Origin: Anaeramoeba ignava BMAN
Lineage: Eukaryota; Protista; Anaeramoebae
Length of the DNA: 64,000 bases
Direction: 5' to 3'
Assembly: GCA_028826165.1 (NCBI GenBank)
Contig: JAPDFW010000008.1
Span: 1 to 64,000 of the forward strand
Both the position numbers and the translations under genes were made by a program. This document shows, piece after piece, positions 36,344-50,646 of this stretch (its first letter is position 1; each line of letters opens with the position of its first letter). The notes beneath the pieces were generated by a model. That model had not been told where the DNA came from. It saw only the letters and a program-made list of their open reading frames with translations, and did no database searches.

Positions 36344-38165
36344 TCAATTTTTATCAAGTAAATTAGTTTTAGGATCATCATTTTCATTAATTTCTTCATT
36401 TGGATTTTGTAATTGATTTTGAATTTTTGACATTTCTTCTTGAATTTGATTAATTTCGATTTGATTTCCACAATAACCTCCATTTAAAAAAAGTTCAGAA
36501 ACATAAAATAAATCATTATAATTAGCAAAAGATTTTAAATGAATTTTAGAAGGAGGAATTTTTGAAAATAATAAATGAATCCAATTTTTACAACAACCTT
36601 TTGAAAAAGGATTTTGAATATCTTTATAAATATTTCGATACTTTTTTTTTTGATAAAAATTCAAATAAATAAAATGAATAAATAAAATGAATAAAATTAA
36701 TTTCTTACATATTCTCTTGTTGTTAAATTTTTAGAAACTAAATAACAATGAAAAAAGGTTAATTTTGATAAATACATTGAAAAAGGAAGAGAATAAATTG
36801 TTAATAAATAACTATAGATTTTTTTAAAGAAAAAGAATTTGAATAATTTTTTGATAGTTTTGATTAAAATTAATAAAAAAAACCTTGCTAATGTTTTCAC
36901 AAATGCTTCAGAAAATGTTTTTTCTTTCGTAAGAATAATAATATGAAGAATTGAAACAACAAAAACAAAAAATATTGAAAGAGTTACAAAAATTAAGAAA
37001 AGAAAGAAAAATCTATAATTTCTTATTCCTAAATCACATCCAACCCATCCACCTTTTTTTTTTAAAAAAAATAACCAAAACATGAAAAGAAAGAAAAAAT
37101 TTAAAAATCGGATAAAAATTTTTTAAAAATCGGATAAAAATTTTTTTACAATGATGATCAAATTTTTGAACACAATTATCACAAATAGAACAATGAGAAG
37201 CACGAGGAGATCTATAAATATTGCAAGTATCTAAAAAATAAAAACAAATAAAATATTTATATTTTATATTTTGAATTTCTTTTTTTTTTTGAATTTTTAC
37301 CACAATAAGGTAATTCAAAAGTATTATTTTGAAATTCAAAAGGTTTTGTTTCAGGAATATGTTGAAAAGATCCCTAAAAATATAAAATATTAATATTAAA
37401 TATTAATATAAAATATTAAATAATAAAATATTAAATATAAATAATAAATATTAAATATAAAATAATAAATATTAATATTAAATATTAATATAAATATAAA
37501 TAATAAATATAAATATAAAATATAAAATATTAAATATAAAATATTAAATATTAAATATAAATATTAAATAATAAATATAAATATAAAATATAAATATTAA
37601 ATATTAAATAATAAATATAAATATTAAATATAAAATATTAAATATAAAATATTAAATATAAAAATATTAAATATATAAAAATATAAATATAAATATTAAA
37701 TATAAATAATAAATATTAAATATTAAATATTAAATATTAAATAATAAATATTAAATATTAAATATTAAATATTAAATATTAATATAAAATATTAATATGC
37801 ACTGAAAAATATGTATCACGAGGAATAATTCCAGGTTCAATAAAAGAAGTTAATAACAAAGAAAGATTAACAGCAATAAAAAGAAAAAGAGCAACCAAAA
37901 AAATAGAAAAATGGATAATTTTAATAGAAGGATAAGCAGTAAAAATAATAAATAAAATAAAAGGAATATTAAAGATAAATTCAGTAACAATTAAAGTTTT
38001 CCAATCAGGCCCAGTAAATAATTTTCCAGAACAACAAAACCTATTATTTCCTGGCCAAACTTGATAAATTTTTAATTTTGAATGAAGAGTATGATTTTGA
38101 TTTTGATTTTCAATTTGATTTTGATTAACAAATTCAAAATGTGTTTCAACTAAATTATTATTCAT
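36344..38165 (-). CDS. DHHC zinc-finger palmitoyltransferase (ZDHHC9/14/18, Erf2-like), multi-exon
   Basis: [74 protein letters not shown]. Confidence 0.93.
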
Positions 38166-38257
38166 TTAAAAAAAAAGAAAAAAAATGAAAAATAAAATTT
38201 TTTTTTGAAATATTTTTTTTCATTTTTTTTCATTTTTCTTACTTTCCAAAATTTTCA

Positions 38258-40660
38258 ATGAATTTCTTTTTCTTTTTTCTTTTCATTTCTTTATTTTTTT
38301 TCTATCAAATTTATACTCAAACTTGTATTTGGAATACAGAAAATCATAGTTATAATTTAACATCATTAAGAAAATCAAATGGAAATTTTCAATATTATAA
38401 TTTAAATGATGATATTTTATTTGAATTAAATTTGTGTGGAGGATTAAATACAATTTCTCAAACTATTTGCCCTTGTTGTACTCTTTATTCTCAATTAACA
38501 GGTTATACAATGACCCAAAATTACTCGTGTACAGCTTGGGGTGATTTTGTAAATGGAGAGAGTTGGGATTATATTGGTATACAAAAATATTAATTTTACA
38601 TCTTTCTTTCTAAATCCATAATTTTGATAAAAATGTTTTTTTCTTGATTTAAATGAAAAAAAATTGGATCAATAAAAATTTGATTTCGGATCATAAATTT
38701 AAAATTTAATTCAATTCAAAATTAAATTTAAATTTAATTTTAAAATTAAATTCAAAATTAAATTCAAAATTAAAATTCAAAATTCAAAAATTAAAATTAA
38801 AATTAAAATTAAATTCAAAATTAAATTTAAAATAAAATTCAAAATTAAATTCAAAATAAAATTCAATTCAAAATTCAAAATTCAAAATTAAATTCAAAAT
38901 TAAATTTAAAATTAAATTTAAAATTAAATTTAAAATTAAATTCAAAATTAAATTCAATATTAAATTCAAAATTAAATTCAAAAATTCAAAATTAATTAAA
39001 AATTAAATTCAAAATTCAAAATTAAATTCAAAATTAAATTTAAAATTAAATTCAAAATTAAAATTAAAATTAAATACAAAATTAAATTAAAAATTAAATA
39101 CAAAATTAAATTCAAAATTAAATTCAAAATTAAATCCAAAATTAAATCCAAAATTAAATATAAAATTAAATTCAAAATTAAATTTAAAATTAAATCCAAA
39201 ATTAAATATAAAATTAAATTCAAAATTCAAAATTAAATTCAAAATTAAATCCAAAATTAAATTCAAAATTAAATTAAAAATTTAATCAAAAGATGGAGAT
39301 AATCCTGGAATGGGAATTACCTTAACTTATAAAACACTCACAATTCATGGGCAGATTAACAGATCGATGTCTTATAATTTCTTCTGTAATGATGAAGAAG
39401 TTTTTCGGTTGATTTCTGCTTTTATTGAAGATACAATACCACCTCAAATACATATTAATGTTGCTAGTAAATTTTCTTGTTTGGAACCCACTTCATCTCC
39501 TCAACCTTCTCCTACTACTGATCCTGGTCTCTGTAAGACTATTACACAGAATGAATTGTATGATCTTAGAAAACTTAAGGGTCAATATCTTTATCGTGAT
39601 TATTGGACTCAAAATTTATATTTTGTTTCAATTTGTGAAAATGTTTTTAATATTTCAAATTGTCCTGTAATTTTTCTTTTCAAAATAAATTAAAATTAAA
39701 ATTAAAATTAAAATCGGATAAAAAATTAAAATTAAAATTAAAATTTAAATTAAAATTAAAATTAAAATTTAAATCGGATAAAAAATTAAAATTAATATTA
39801 AATTTATAATTAAAATTAAAATTAAAATTAAAATTAAAATTAAAATTAAAATTAAAATTAAAAATTAAAATTAAAATTAAAATTAAAATTTATTTATAAA
39901 ATTAAAATTAAAATTAAAATCGGATAAAAAATTTAAATTAAAATTAAAATTAAAATTAAAAATTAAAATTAAAATTCAAAATTAAAATTCATTTATAAAA
40001 TTAAAATTAAAATTAAAATTAAAATTAAAATTAAAAAAATTAAAATTAAAATTAAAATTTAAATTAAAATTAAAATTAAAATTAAAATTAAAATTAAAAT
40101 TAAAATTAAAATCGGATAAAAAATTAAAAATATTTTAGTGTTGTGTTGAAAATACAACAACTGGATGGCTTTTAAAAAGTGATGGAAATTGTACTAAACT
40201 AGGATTATTAAATACATCATTATATACACCACTTCCAGGAAGTGAAACACCAGAAGATGGAGTTGGATTAAATTATCAATATATATTAACAAATGGAACA
40301 GTAACACATGAACAAAAATATCAATTCATTTGTGATATTGATGCTAATCCAGGATATATTTTGAGTATAATTGATTTGGCAATTAATCCTCCATCAACAG
40401 AAATCACATTTGTAACTTCTCATTCTTGTCCTTTAGATCCCTTCTCCCCTTTTCCTACTCCTTCTCCTTGCCCTAAATGGTCTCCTTGTGCTGAAACTAA
40501 TTGTCCTACTCCTTCTCTTTTGACTTCTTCTTCTACTACTGGAATGAAAGGTAGTTATGTTTTCCTTGTTATTTTAATGGTTGGTTTAATTACTTTTATT
40601 GGTGGTTGGTTTTTCCATAAATTTAAATCTGATAAAAATCAAAATTATCAAAATCTTTAA
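38258..40660 (+). CDS. Type I membrane protein with two mannose-6-phosphate-receptor-homology (MRH)-like domains (CIMR/ATG27-like); 3 exons
   Basis: Signal peptide; YNLTSL/YDLRKL, LNLCG/VSICE, GITLTY/GVGLNY, FFC/FIC, SKFSC/TSHSC pattern; C-terminal TM helix and YQNL (YxxPhi) sorting motif. Confidence 0.75.
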
Positions 40661-41460
40661 AAAACCAAATTATTTTTTTTTTTCATTCCACTTTTTTTTT
40701 TTGCTTTTTTTTTCTTTAATAATTAAAAATTTCTTTAAAATTTATTTGAATTTCATTTAAAAAGTTTTTCCATAAATTTAAATCTTTAAAAAAACAAAAT
40801 TATTTTTTTCTTTTCATTCCACTTTTTTTTTTACTTTTATTTTATAATTAAAAATTTATTTGAATTTCATTTAAAAAGTTTTTCCATAAATTTAAATCTT
40901 TAAAAACCAAAAAATATTTTTTTTTCTTTTCATTCCACTTTTTTTACTTTTTTTTTCTTTAATAATTAAAAATTTCTTTAAAATTTATTTTAATTTTTAT
41001 TTAAAAAGTTTTTCCATAAATTTAAATCTTTAAAAAAACAAAATTATTTTTTTTTTTCATTCCACTTTTTTTTTTACTTTTATTTTATAATTAAAAATTT
41101 ATTTTAATTTCATTTAAAAAGTTTTTCCATAAATTTAAATCTTTAAAAAACCAAAATTATTTTTTTCTTTTCATTCCACTTTTTTTACTTTTTTTTTCTT
41201 TAATAATTAAAAATTTCTTTAAAATTTATTTTTATTTTTATTTAAAAAGTTTTTCCATAAATTTAAATCTTTAAAAAAACAAAATTTATTTTTTTTTTTT
41301 CATTCCACTTTTTTTATTATTTTTATTTTATAATTAAAAATTTATTTTAATTTCATTTAAAAAGTTTTTCCATAAATTTAAATCTTTAAAAACCAAAATT
41401 ATTTTTTCTTTTCATTCCACTTTTTTATTATTTTTATTTTATAATTAAAAATTTATTTTT
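40640..41460. repeat. Tandem amplification of the 3' end/UTR of the MRH gene, alternating ~114 and ~129 bp units
   Basis: TTTTCCATAAATTTAAATCT recurs at about 40615 (in CDS), 40771, 40885, 41014, 41126, 41255, 41370. Confidence 0.88.
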
Positions 41461-44400
41461 ATTTAAAAATTAATAATAATTGTAATTTTTCAATTTCATT
41501 ATTGGAATATATTATTCGAATTTTTGCTAAAATTTTATCTGAACGAAGAAATTCTCTTGCAAAATGAAGTCTTTGTTGTTGGAATTGATCTTTAATATTA
41601 ATAATTTCCTCAAGAATTTGAGATGCATAAAGATTTTTATTCATAATAGAATTTGCACAAATCATTGAAAAATTTCGAGATGTTGAAAGATCATCTAAAC
41701 AAATTTTGCAAATTAATTTTGGAAGAAGTTCTGGATTGACTTTAAATTGGATGCTATGAAGAATAAGTTGATGATATTTAACAGAAATTTCATCAAGAAA
41801 ATCAGAAAAAACATCCTTTTTGGAAATATTTGAAAGAGTGAAATAAATAATTTCAATTAATAAAGTGAGGAACTGATAATAACTTGGATTTGGAATATTT
41901 GGAAGAGATAAATAGGATCTTGTCAATTCATTGATGACTTGAGTTTGAACAATAAAATTTGATTGATTTTCTCCCAATTGAGTAAAATGTGAAATTATCC
42001 AAAGATGAATTAAAGGAGGAATAAATCCATGCAAATGAATCAATGAATCCTCACAAACAAATTTAACAAATTGAAAAATATCCCGATTTGGCAATTGATT
42101 ATCTTTAGTTTCATTCAAAAACAACGAAATCAATTCAGCCGCAGATTCATGATGCTTTGGAATAGTTGTGATTAGCCAGTGTTTTCTTTTCACTTCATTA
42201 AGAAACCATAAACAATTCCTCTTTGTTATAAATGGAAACTTTTTCATGAATTGAATAACTTGATTTGCTGATACTTGTCGACTTGATGATTGGAAATAAA
42301 TCTTGAAAACAAGATTCATAAACATTTGGAAATTCCGAAATGCTTTTTCTTCTTTTTCACTTATATCTTCAATAGAATCCAAATAGAATTGGTTTTTGTT
42401 GATCAAATCAAAAACAAATTTGAAATGCGATGAAGAAAAAAGTGCAGAAATAGATCGTGGATCCTTGATTGAATATTCATCCTGAATACTTTTTTCACTT
42501 TGTATTTTTGCTTGCAATTTTTGCTTTTTATAAATCAATAAAACAGATGTTGTATCCAAACTAGAAAAAACATTTGGAGAGTTTTGTTTGTTTACAACAA
42601 ATATCTTTCGATTGGAAAACATATAGAAATTTTGATTTGATTGATCCATTTTTTCAGATGGCAGTCTAACTAAAGAAGAGAAAAAATTAACTCGATCCTT
42701 GTTTTGATTTTGAAGAATTAATCCATTTAAACCATAAGTTTTTTTTGTTCCGTTTTTAGTGTTTTCATTTTGAGAAGAAAACTGAGTTAAATCAATAAGT
42801 TCTGGAAAATCTATTGTTTCTGGAATTTGTAAATTTGCTTTTCTTTGAATATGAAAAATCATCATTTCAGGAAATTTGATGATGATTCTTTGTTTGATTC
42901 CTTGGACATTTTTTGAACAAGATGGACAATAAAATTCCTTTTCAATTTTTTTGAAATAATGAACCAGAAAATCATCCAAATTATGATAAATTGAAGGATC
43001 GATTTGTAAAATGAAGTGATGTTTTTGTCTTGGAAAAAAATGTGTTGAATTTTCTGAGCATAAAGATTCTGAACTAGTAATCAAAGTGAAGAAATGATTG
43101 ATAATTGACTGATTTTCAGAATTTAATTTCTCAAAAATGGAGTTGATGATTGAATCAAGATTGTGTGTTTTAAGTGGAGAGTTTGGAATAAATTGTTGAA
43201 ACGAAGAAAAGTTGAAGAAAAAAGAAGATAATTTTTGCATGAGAATAAAAACGGCGTTTAATTTGTGAGAAAGAGATGATTTGTTATCATTTTCAATTTG
43301 GATTTCATTTTCAATTTGGATTTCATTATTATTATTATTGTTATTGTTATTGTTGTTATTGTTATTTTCATTTTCAAAATATTTTCTTTTATCTGATAAA
43401 AATTCATTTGATATGATCAATTTCCGAAATTTTTTGATAAAAAATAATTGCTGAATAATAAAATCAATGGGTATATCTTCAGATTTGAATCCTGTTTGGA
43501 TCGCTATTTCTTGATTTGCAAAATTTTCTTCTTCAAGTGTTGATAAATCCAAAAGTTTTGAAATTTTATCTTCTGGAATGAATTGAGAAACATTCTTTTC
43601 AAAATGGAATAAATTTTGATATTCAATTTGTGTAATTTCAATGAGATTTTCAGGATCATTAGCAAGTAAATTCAAAATATGGAAACCAATTTGGATTGAG
43701 CGCTTTGTTTTGCACTTTGGCAAATGATTGGAATGAAGAGTATTTTTTGGAACCATTTTGAAGATACACTGAAAAAAGAGTTCATCAATGAGTCCACATT
43801 CTTTGGCAAGATAACGTTCCATTCCTTTAATTTGTTGCATCATAAGAAATAGGGAATTGAGAAGAAGCTCAAAACTTTTGCCTCCATCTTGCAATGCTGG
43901 ATCATGTGATTTGATGAAATTTGTGTAAAAACGGAAATAATTCAAAATTTTTTCTTTGTCAAGAATCGGTTTCCATTGCTTCTCTTTCTTTTGCAAAATT
44001 TTGTGGAAAAATTGCAAGAAAACTTCATAACAATGAATATTTTTGTTGAGAAAGGGAAAAAATCCATATAATAAGGCAGCAAGATATTCTCTTGAATTAG
44101 AAATTGATTTGAAAAGAATTGAATTATCATTCTCGAGAATTTCTGAATTGCTATTTTGTATGACAACAAACAATTCCAAAGGGAAATGGGTTGAATGGAA
44201 TATTTTCAGAATAAAATGGATGCATGTTTTTTGGTATTCTAGGATTTTGTTCGTGATAAGAAAAGAAAAGATCCACAAATGGAAAGATTTTGGCAAACAA
44301 GAGAGAGTAAAAGTTTCAATGTTATCAAATATCAAATTGAGAAGAGTGAAAGATTCATCAATAATAGCCTTGAAATTTTCTTCGATTTTCTGCTCAATTT

Positions 44401-47400
44401 TCAAATATCTGTTGAGAATCTCAATCAAAATATGCAAAAGATTGAATAGTGACGCGATAAATGAGCTTAAATATCCTTGTTTTGTTAAAAGTTGCTGTTG
44501 GAAATTCATAAAAAGAAGAGGATTGATTGTTGTTGGTGAATTAGGGATTCCAAACGGAATTTGGAGGATTTGCGACAAGGAAAAATGGATAGGATTCAAT
44601 AAATGGAGATTATCGAGTTCAATCAAATATGATTCAATTTCTTGGTTTGTTTTCTTGAGAATAAATGTGTTTTTTCCTGGGAAATCACATTGTATTTGCT
44701 GCGGAGTTTGGGGATCATATTCCTTCTGCAATTCTGCAAATAGAGGAATTTCCAATTTTGTCTTGATATAATAAACAACAACATCCATCAAATGCCGAAT
44801 TCCTTGGGATTCAATAAATTGATTGCACCATTCCACATTTTTTATGCTTGAAATGTGCGTGAATTGAATAGGGAATTTCTCTTGATATTTTTCAAACGAA
44901 ATGAACTTCAAATGATCAATTATCTGAAGTCCATATAGTAATTCCTGTTCTTTTTGTTTAGGTAAAAGAGAATCCCAATCATCAAGATTCATATTTTTGG
45001 GAAAATTGAGAAATTTCTGAAGAAAATTGTGACTTGTTGGGAGTTGTTGAATTAAATACCAAGATGGCTTTATAAAAGATGGATCTAGTTCAATTAATTT
45101 CCAAAAAAACGAGAAATAGTTCATAAAAATATCTTCTAGTGAAAAAGGTGATGACTTTTTTGTTGTTGTTGTTTTTTTTTTAACAAAAGAAAATGATGAA
45201 AAAAAATTAGAATTGAATATTTAATGAAATGAATTGAATATTATTTAAGGAAATGAATATAATATTTAATGAAATGAATTGAATATTTAAGGAAATGAAT
45301 TGAATATTTAAGGAAATTAATTGAATATTTAATGAAATGAATTGAATAATATTTAATGAAATGAATATAATATTTAAGGAAATGAATTGAATATTTAATG
45401 AATTGAATATATTATTTAATGAAATGAATTGAATATTTAATGAAATGAATTGAATATTTAATGAAATGAATTAAATATTTAAGGAAATGAATTGAATATT
45501 TAATGAATTGAATAATATTTAAGGAATTGAATATTATTTAAGGAAATGAATATAATATTTAATGAAATGAATAGAATATTTAAGGAAATGAATTGAATAT
45601 TTAATGAAATGAATTGAATATTTAAGGAATTGAATATTATTTAATGAATTGAATATTTAATGAATTGAATAATATTTAAGGAATTGAATAATATTTAAGG
45701 AAATGAATTGAATATTTAAGGAAATGAATTGAATATTTAATGAATTGAATTGAATTGAATATTTAATGAAATGAATATAATATTTAAGGAAATGAAATGA
45801 ATATTTAATGAATTGAATTGAATATTTAATGAAATGAATTAAATATTTAAGGAAATTAATTGAATAATATTTAAGGAAATTAATTGAATAATATTTAATG
45901 AAATGAATATTATTTAATGAAATGAATTAAATATTTAAGGAAATGAATAGAATATTATTTAAGGAAATGAATTGAATATTATTTAATGAATTGAATATTA
46001 TTTAAGGAATTGAATATTTAAGGAAATGAAAAGAAACAAACTTGAGAAAATGATTGATTGGAAATTTCTGGATGTAAATTGTCTTCAATAAGAACAATAT
46101 CACCAATAGAATCAACTGTAGGAAACAAACCTAGTTTTTTAAGATTCACATCAACAAATCCATTAAATTTTGATTCAATCAAAATGACAAATTGCTTCAG
46201 CAATACATTTGAAGGAATATAGACCTTCGTTTTGTAAAATTTCCCATCGTTAGGGTTTGTAAACGAGATCACTTTGGATATTTCTCGAGTATTTGAGTTG
46301 AGATAGTGAGGAAATTGTGTCAATTTGTTAACGTTTTTGTGCTGATAAGTTTGAAGTATGTTTGACAAAATGGAAAATATTTTAGACACTTTTTTTTGGG
46401 AATCTTCAAGTGATTCTTGCCCAAATTTCTTGATAACATGATTTAACTTTTTGATTTCTCTCTTGATTAATTTGGATAATATTTTGGGGATTTGGAAATA
46501 ATCCATTAAATATCGAATGGAATTTCTCTCAACTTTTGGATCATCGCATTCCGAAATTATTAAAAATAAAAGATTGATTTGATTTTCCAGCGAGTTTTGG
46601 TTTGGAATGCGAGACAACTTGATAAAATGATCCCATTCATCGATTGTGATTGTTTTGAAATTGAAATTCTGAATGACAAAGTCCAACAAATTCTGGTTTT
46701 CAAACTGATCCATTTTGATATCATATTGCGCATTGATTTGCTCATGTTTCATAAAAAACTCCAAAAAAAGTGTTCTTTCCCGCAAGTTTTGAGGATGGAA
46801 AATAAACTCCTCTATCAATTTTGTCAAGATGGAGTTGCTAATTTTGAGCGCAAATTTCTCATTCAAAAAACTGAGAAAAGATTGTAAATGAGAAATTGGA
46901 TCAGAATTTGTGTTTTGATTTTCGGGTTGTTTGCGTAAATTGAGCTGGTAAAAAATCTCTTGAAGAACTAATTCCATCAAATTTTGTGCAAACAATCGCA
47001 GTTGCTTTGAAGGAGTTCCTGGGAAGTTGTTTTGGATATCAAGTTTGATAATTTCAAATGATGATTTTAAATTTTGGTGAAATTTGATATTTTCCTTCAT
47101 TTGGTTCTCATATAATTGTCTCGACATAAAGGGAATCAGCGTCAAGAAATATTCCATGATTTGCTTCTGCAGATCTTCCGAGACTTGTGAGTCTTCTGAA
47201 ATACGGTTCCATATCACTGGAATTCCAATGAAATCATAAACTTTTTTTTCAATTTTTGCGGATTGGAATTTTTTCTGATCAAGCAACTTCAGTATTTCAA
47301 GATGTATTGCTGAAAAAACCCGATCTTCCACACTTTTTAATCTCTCGCATATTAACTGTAGATTTCCGTCAGTGCCATAACTGGAAATTGTTTGAAACAG

Positions 47401-48728
47401 AGGTAGAAAAATTTCTAACGGAAATGATGGATCGGGATTTTGCAAAAATTTTGAGCATAAAATGTCAATTACAACAGAATTAATCTTATTGCTACGCTTT
47501 GCAAATTTCTCCAAAATATAATTTGCTTGCAAGAATATTTGCGCGAGATCTTCCGAGTTGTCTTGGATTGTTGGAGGCTGAATGCTTGATAAAAAATATC
47601 CAAAATAATTTTCAACAGTTATACAAATTAAGTTGAAATTTTTGTGTGAAATTTTGCTTTCATATTTCGCAATTCGATCAATAAAGTTATTCATCACATA
47701 AAGACCAAGTGTTTTTTCAATTTGAACTGTTTGTTCACTGAAGATTTTTCCGATGAAGTTGTTGTAAAATTTGTCGATTTTTTGGAACGTGAAATGAATT
47801 GAAAATAAATTGTTTGAAATGATTTCAAGATTATCAACAATTTTATCAATTGAGTCAATGATTTCAATCGAAATGCTTTTTTGAATAGAAAGAGAAAAAA
47901 GGGTTAAAATTGAAAATGCGTTTTGAATTGCATTTTTTAATATTTCTTGATTTTTAAAGAAAATGGAGCACTTTTAATTTGAATTTTTTCAGAATTAATT
48001 TTAATTTTGATTTTGATTTTAAATTTGATTTTAATTTTAAATTTTATACAAATTTAATAATGTTTGAAAACGATAGAAGAGAATTTAAAGAAAAATCTTT
48101 TTTCACTAAAAAAGAAGATTCAAGAATTTGGATTCCTTGTTTTTCTTCAATAAATTCCATAATTTTTTCTGCAAAACAAAAGGATTTAGTATCATTTTTC
48201 TATAAGAAATTAAAGAGAGAAGAAAAAATCACAATTTTTTTTTGTTTAAATGAAATTTTTTTAAAAAACGAACAGAAAATTTTCTATTTCCAGTTAATTT
48301 AACAAAATTATTTGAAATTGTTTTTAAATTTTGATTCAATTTTCCTTGTGAATTGATCACTTTTTCTAATACTTTATCAAGTAGAGAAATGAAAAGAGTT
48401 TGATTTTCTGAAGTTTTTAATAAACATAATAAAACTATCATCTTCAAAATTTCCAAAATTAATTTTGGAGAAGTTTCTCTTTAAAAATGTTTTTTTTAAA
48501 TAAAAATTAATATTTTTTGTTTTGAATTTAAAAAAAAAGAAATGAAAGAAACTTGATATAAAGTTGCTCCATTTTACGAATTTGAGAAGAAATTTCATTT
48601 ATAAGTTCAAATTGAAGTAAATTTATAAATTCTTCTTCTTGTGATTTTTCAAGTCTTTTTTGATTAATTGCTTGAAGAATTTCGAGAATAATTTCGAAAG
48701 CTTGTGAAGGATTTTCTAAATTTTTCAA
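41459..48728 (-). CDS. Very large USP9/24/34-like helical protein with a degenerate (inactive) USP domain; multi-exon, 5' end uncertain (possibly to about 50581)
   Basis: 1221-aa and 559-aa ORFs joined by an intron (about 45155-46041); PKCKT..S...GF.IL..L, IIQQLFFI..FR, CPSC zinc finger, IIKFPE..IFHIQR, IDFPELIDL, YGLNGLIL. Confidence 0.7.
45215..46030. repeat. Intronic minisatellite (GAAATGAATTGAATATTTAA-type ~21-bp units)
   Basis: Directly visible tandem units inside the USP-like gene intron. Confidence 0.85.
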
Positions 48729-48779
48729 TATTTAATATTTTAATATTTTTAATGAATTTTTAAATTTTTCAATTTTGGA

Positions 48780-50470
48780 ATTTGTAAATAAATTTATAAA
48801 TAAAGTTATAAATAAATTTGTAAATAGATTTGTAAATAGATTTGTAAATAATTTTTGAAATGAATTTGTAAATAAATTTGTAAATAAAGTTGTAAATAAA
48901 TTTTAAATTTAAATAAATTTTAATAAATTTGTAAATAAATTTATAAATAAATTTGTAAATAAATTTATAAATAAATTTGTAAATAAATTTGTAAATAAAT
49001 TTATAAATAAATTTGTAAATAAATTTATAAATAAAGTTGTAAATAAATTTATAAATAAATTTGTAAATAAATTTATAAATAAGTTGTAAATAAAATAAAC
49101 AAATTTATAAATAAATTTATGTAAATAAAATTTGTAAATAAATTTATAAATAAATTAAAATAAAAAAATTTATAAATAAATTTGTAAATAAAAATTTGTA
49201 AATAAAATAAATTTACATAAATAAATAAATTTGTAAATAAATTTGTAAAAATAAATTTATAAATAAATTTTTTATAAATAAATTTTAAATAAATTTGTAA
49301 ATAAATTAAAAAATAAAATAAATTTATAAATAAATTTGTAAAATAAATTTATAAATAAATTTATAAAATAAACAAGTAAATAAATTTATAAATAAATTTG
49401 TAAATAAATTTTAATTTATAAACAAATTTTGTCAAGTTTTTTGTAAAAATTTGTAAAAATAAATTTATAAATAAATTTATAAACAAATTTGTAAATAAAT
49501 TTATAAAATAAATTTATTTGTAAATAAATTTAAATAAATAAATTTAAATAAATAAAATAAATTTGTAAATAAATTTATAAATAAAATTTGCTTAAAATAA
49601 ATTTGTAAATAAATTTATAAATAAATTTGTAAATAAATTTATAAATAAATTTGTAACAAAATTTGTATAAATTTTAAATAAAATAAATAAATTTATAAAA
49701 AAATTATAAATAATTTGTAAAAATAAATTTTAAATAAATAAATAAATTTGTAAATAAATTTATAAAAATAAATTTGTAAATAAATAAATAAATTTATAAA
49801 TAAATAAATTTATAAATAAAGTTGTAAATAAAATAAATGTAAATAAATTTAAAACAATAAATAAATAAATAAATTTAAATAAATAAATTTTAAATAAATA
49901 AAAAATTTGTAAATTATAAATAAATTGTAAATAAATAAATTTAAATAAATTTGTAAAATAAAATAAATTTGTAAATGTAAATTTGTAAATAAATTTTTCA
50001 ATAAATAAATTTGTAAATAATAAAGTAATGAAAAATTTGTAAATAAATAAATAAATAAAAATTTATAAATAAATTTTAAAAATAAATAAATTTATAAATA
50101 ATTTTGTAAAACAATAAATAAATAAATTTGTAACAATTTGTAAATAAATTTATAAATAAATTTGTAAATAAATTTATAAATAAATTTAAATAAAATAAAT
50201 TTATAAAAATAAGAAATAAATTTGTAAATAAATTGTAAAACAAATTTATAAATAAATTTGTAAAAAAATTTATAAATAAATTTATAAATAAAATTTATAA
50301 ATAAATTTGTAAATAAATTTATAAATAAATTTAAAAATAAAATTTATAAATAAAGTTGTAAATAAATTTATAAATAAATTTAAAAATAATAAATAAAGTT
50401 GTAAATAAATTTGTAAATAAATTTATAAATAAATTTTTACTGAAAAGTGTTGTAAATTTATAAATAAATT
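48780..50470. repeat. Degenerate 12-bp tandem repeat (AAATAAATTTGT/AAATAAATTTAT), noisy consensus
   Basis: Visible tandem units with many indels. Confidence 0.85.
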
Positions 50471-50646
50471 TTGAGGTATTCAATTTCTTTTTGAAAATGG
50501 TGTTGTTAATAAATGGGAATAATTTTTAAAATCAAGAAATTGATTTTTTTTATTAGATTGAAAAAAATTTGAAAAATTCATTTAAATTTTTTTTTGAAAT
50601 GAGAAAAATGAAAAAATTAAAAAATCATTTTTTTTCTTTTTAAAAA

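Noticed and set aside
44043-44771. 242-aa antisense ORF inside the USP-like gene (and other short antisense ORFs)
   Set aside because: No recognisable motifs; shadow of the long coding frame on the opposite strand
48780-50470. Coding (NLFT/NLFI)n repeat within the 5' part of the USP-like gene
   Set aside because: Too many indels and stops to support a reading frame; it cannot be distinguished from non-coding repeat or poor consensus
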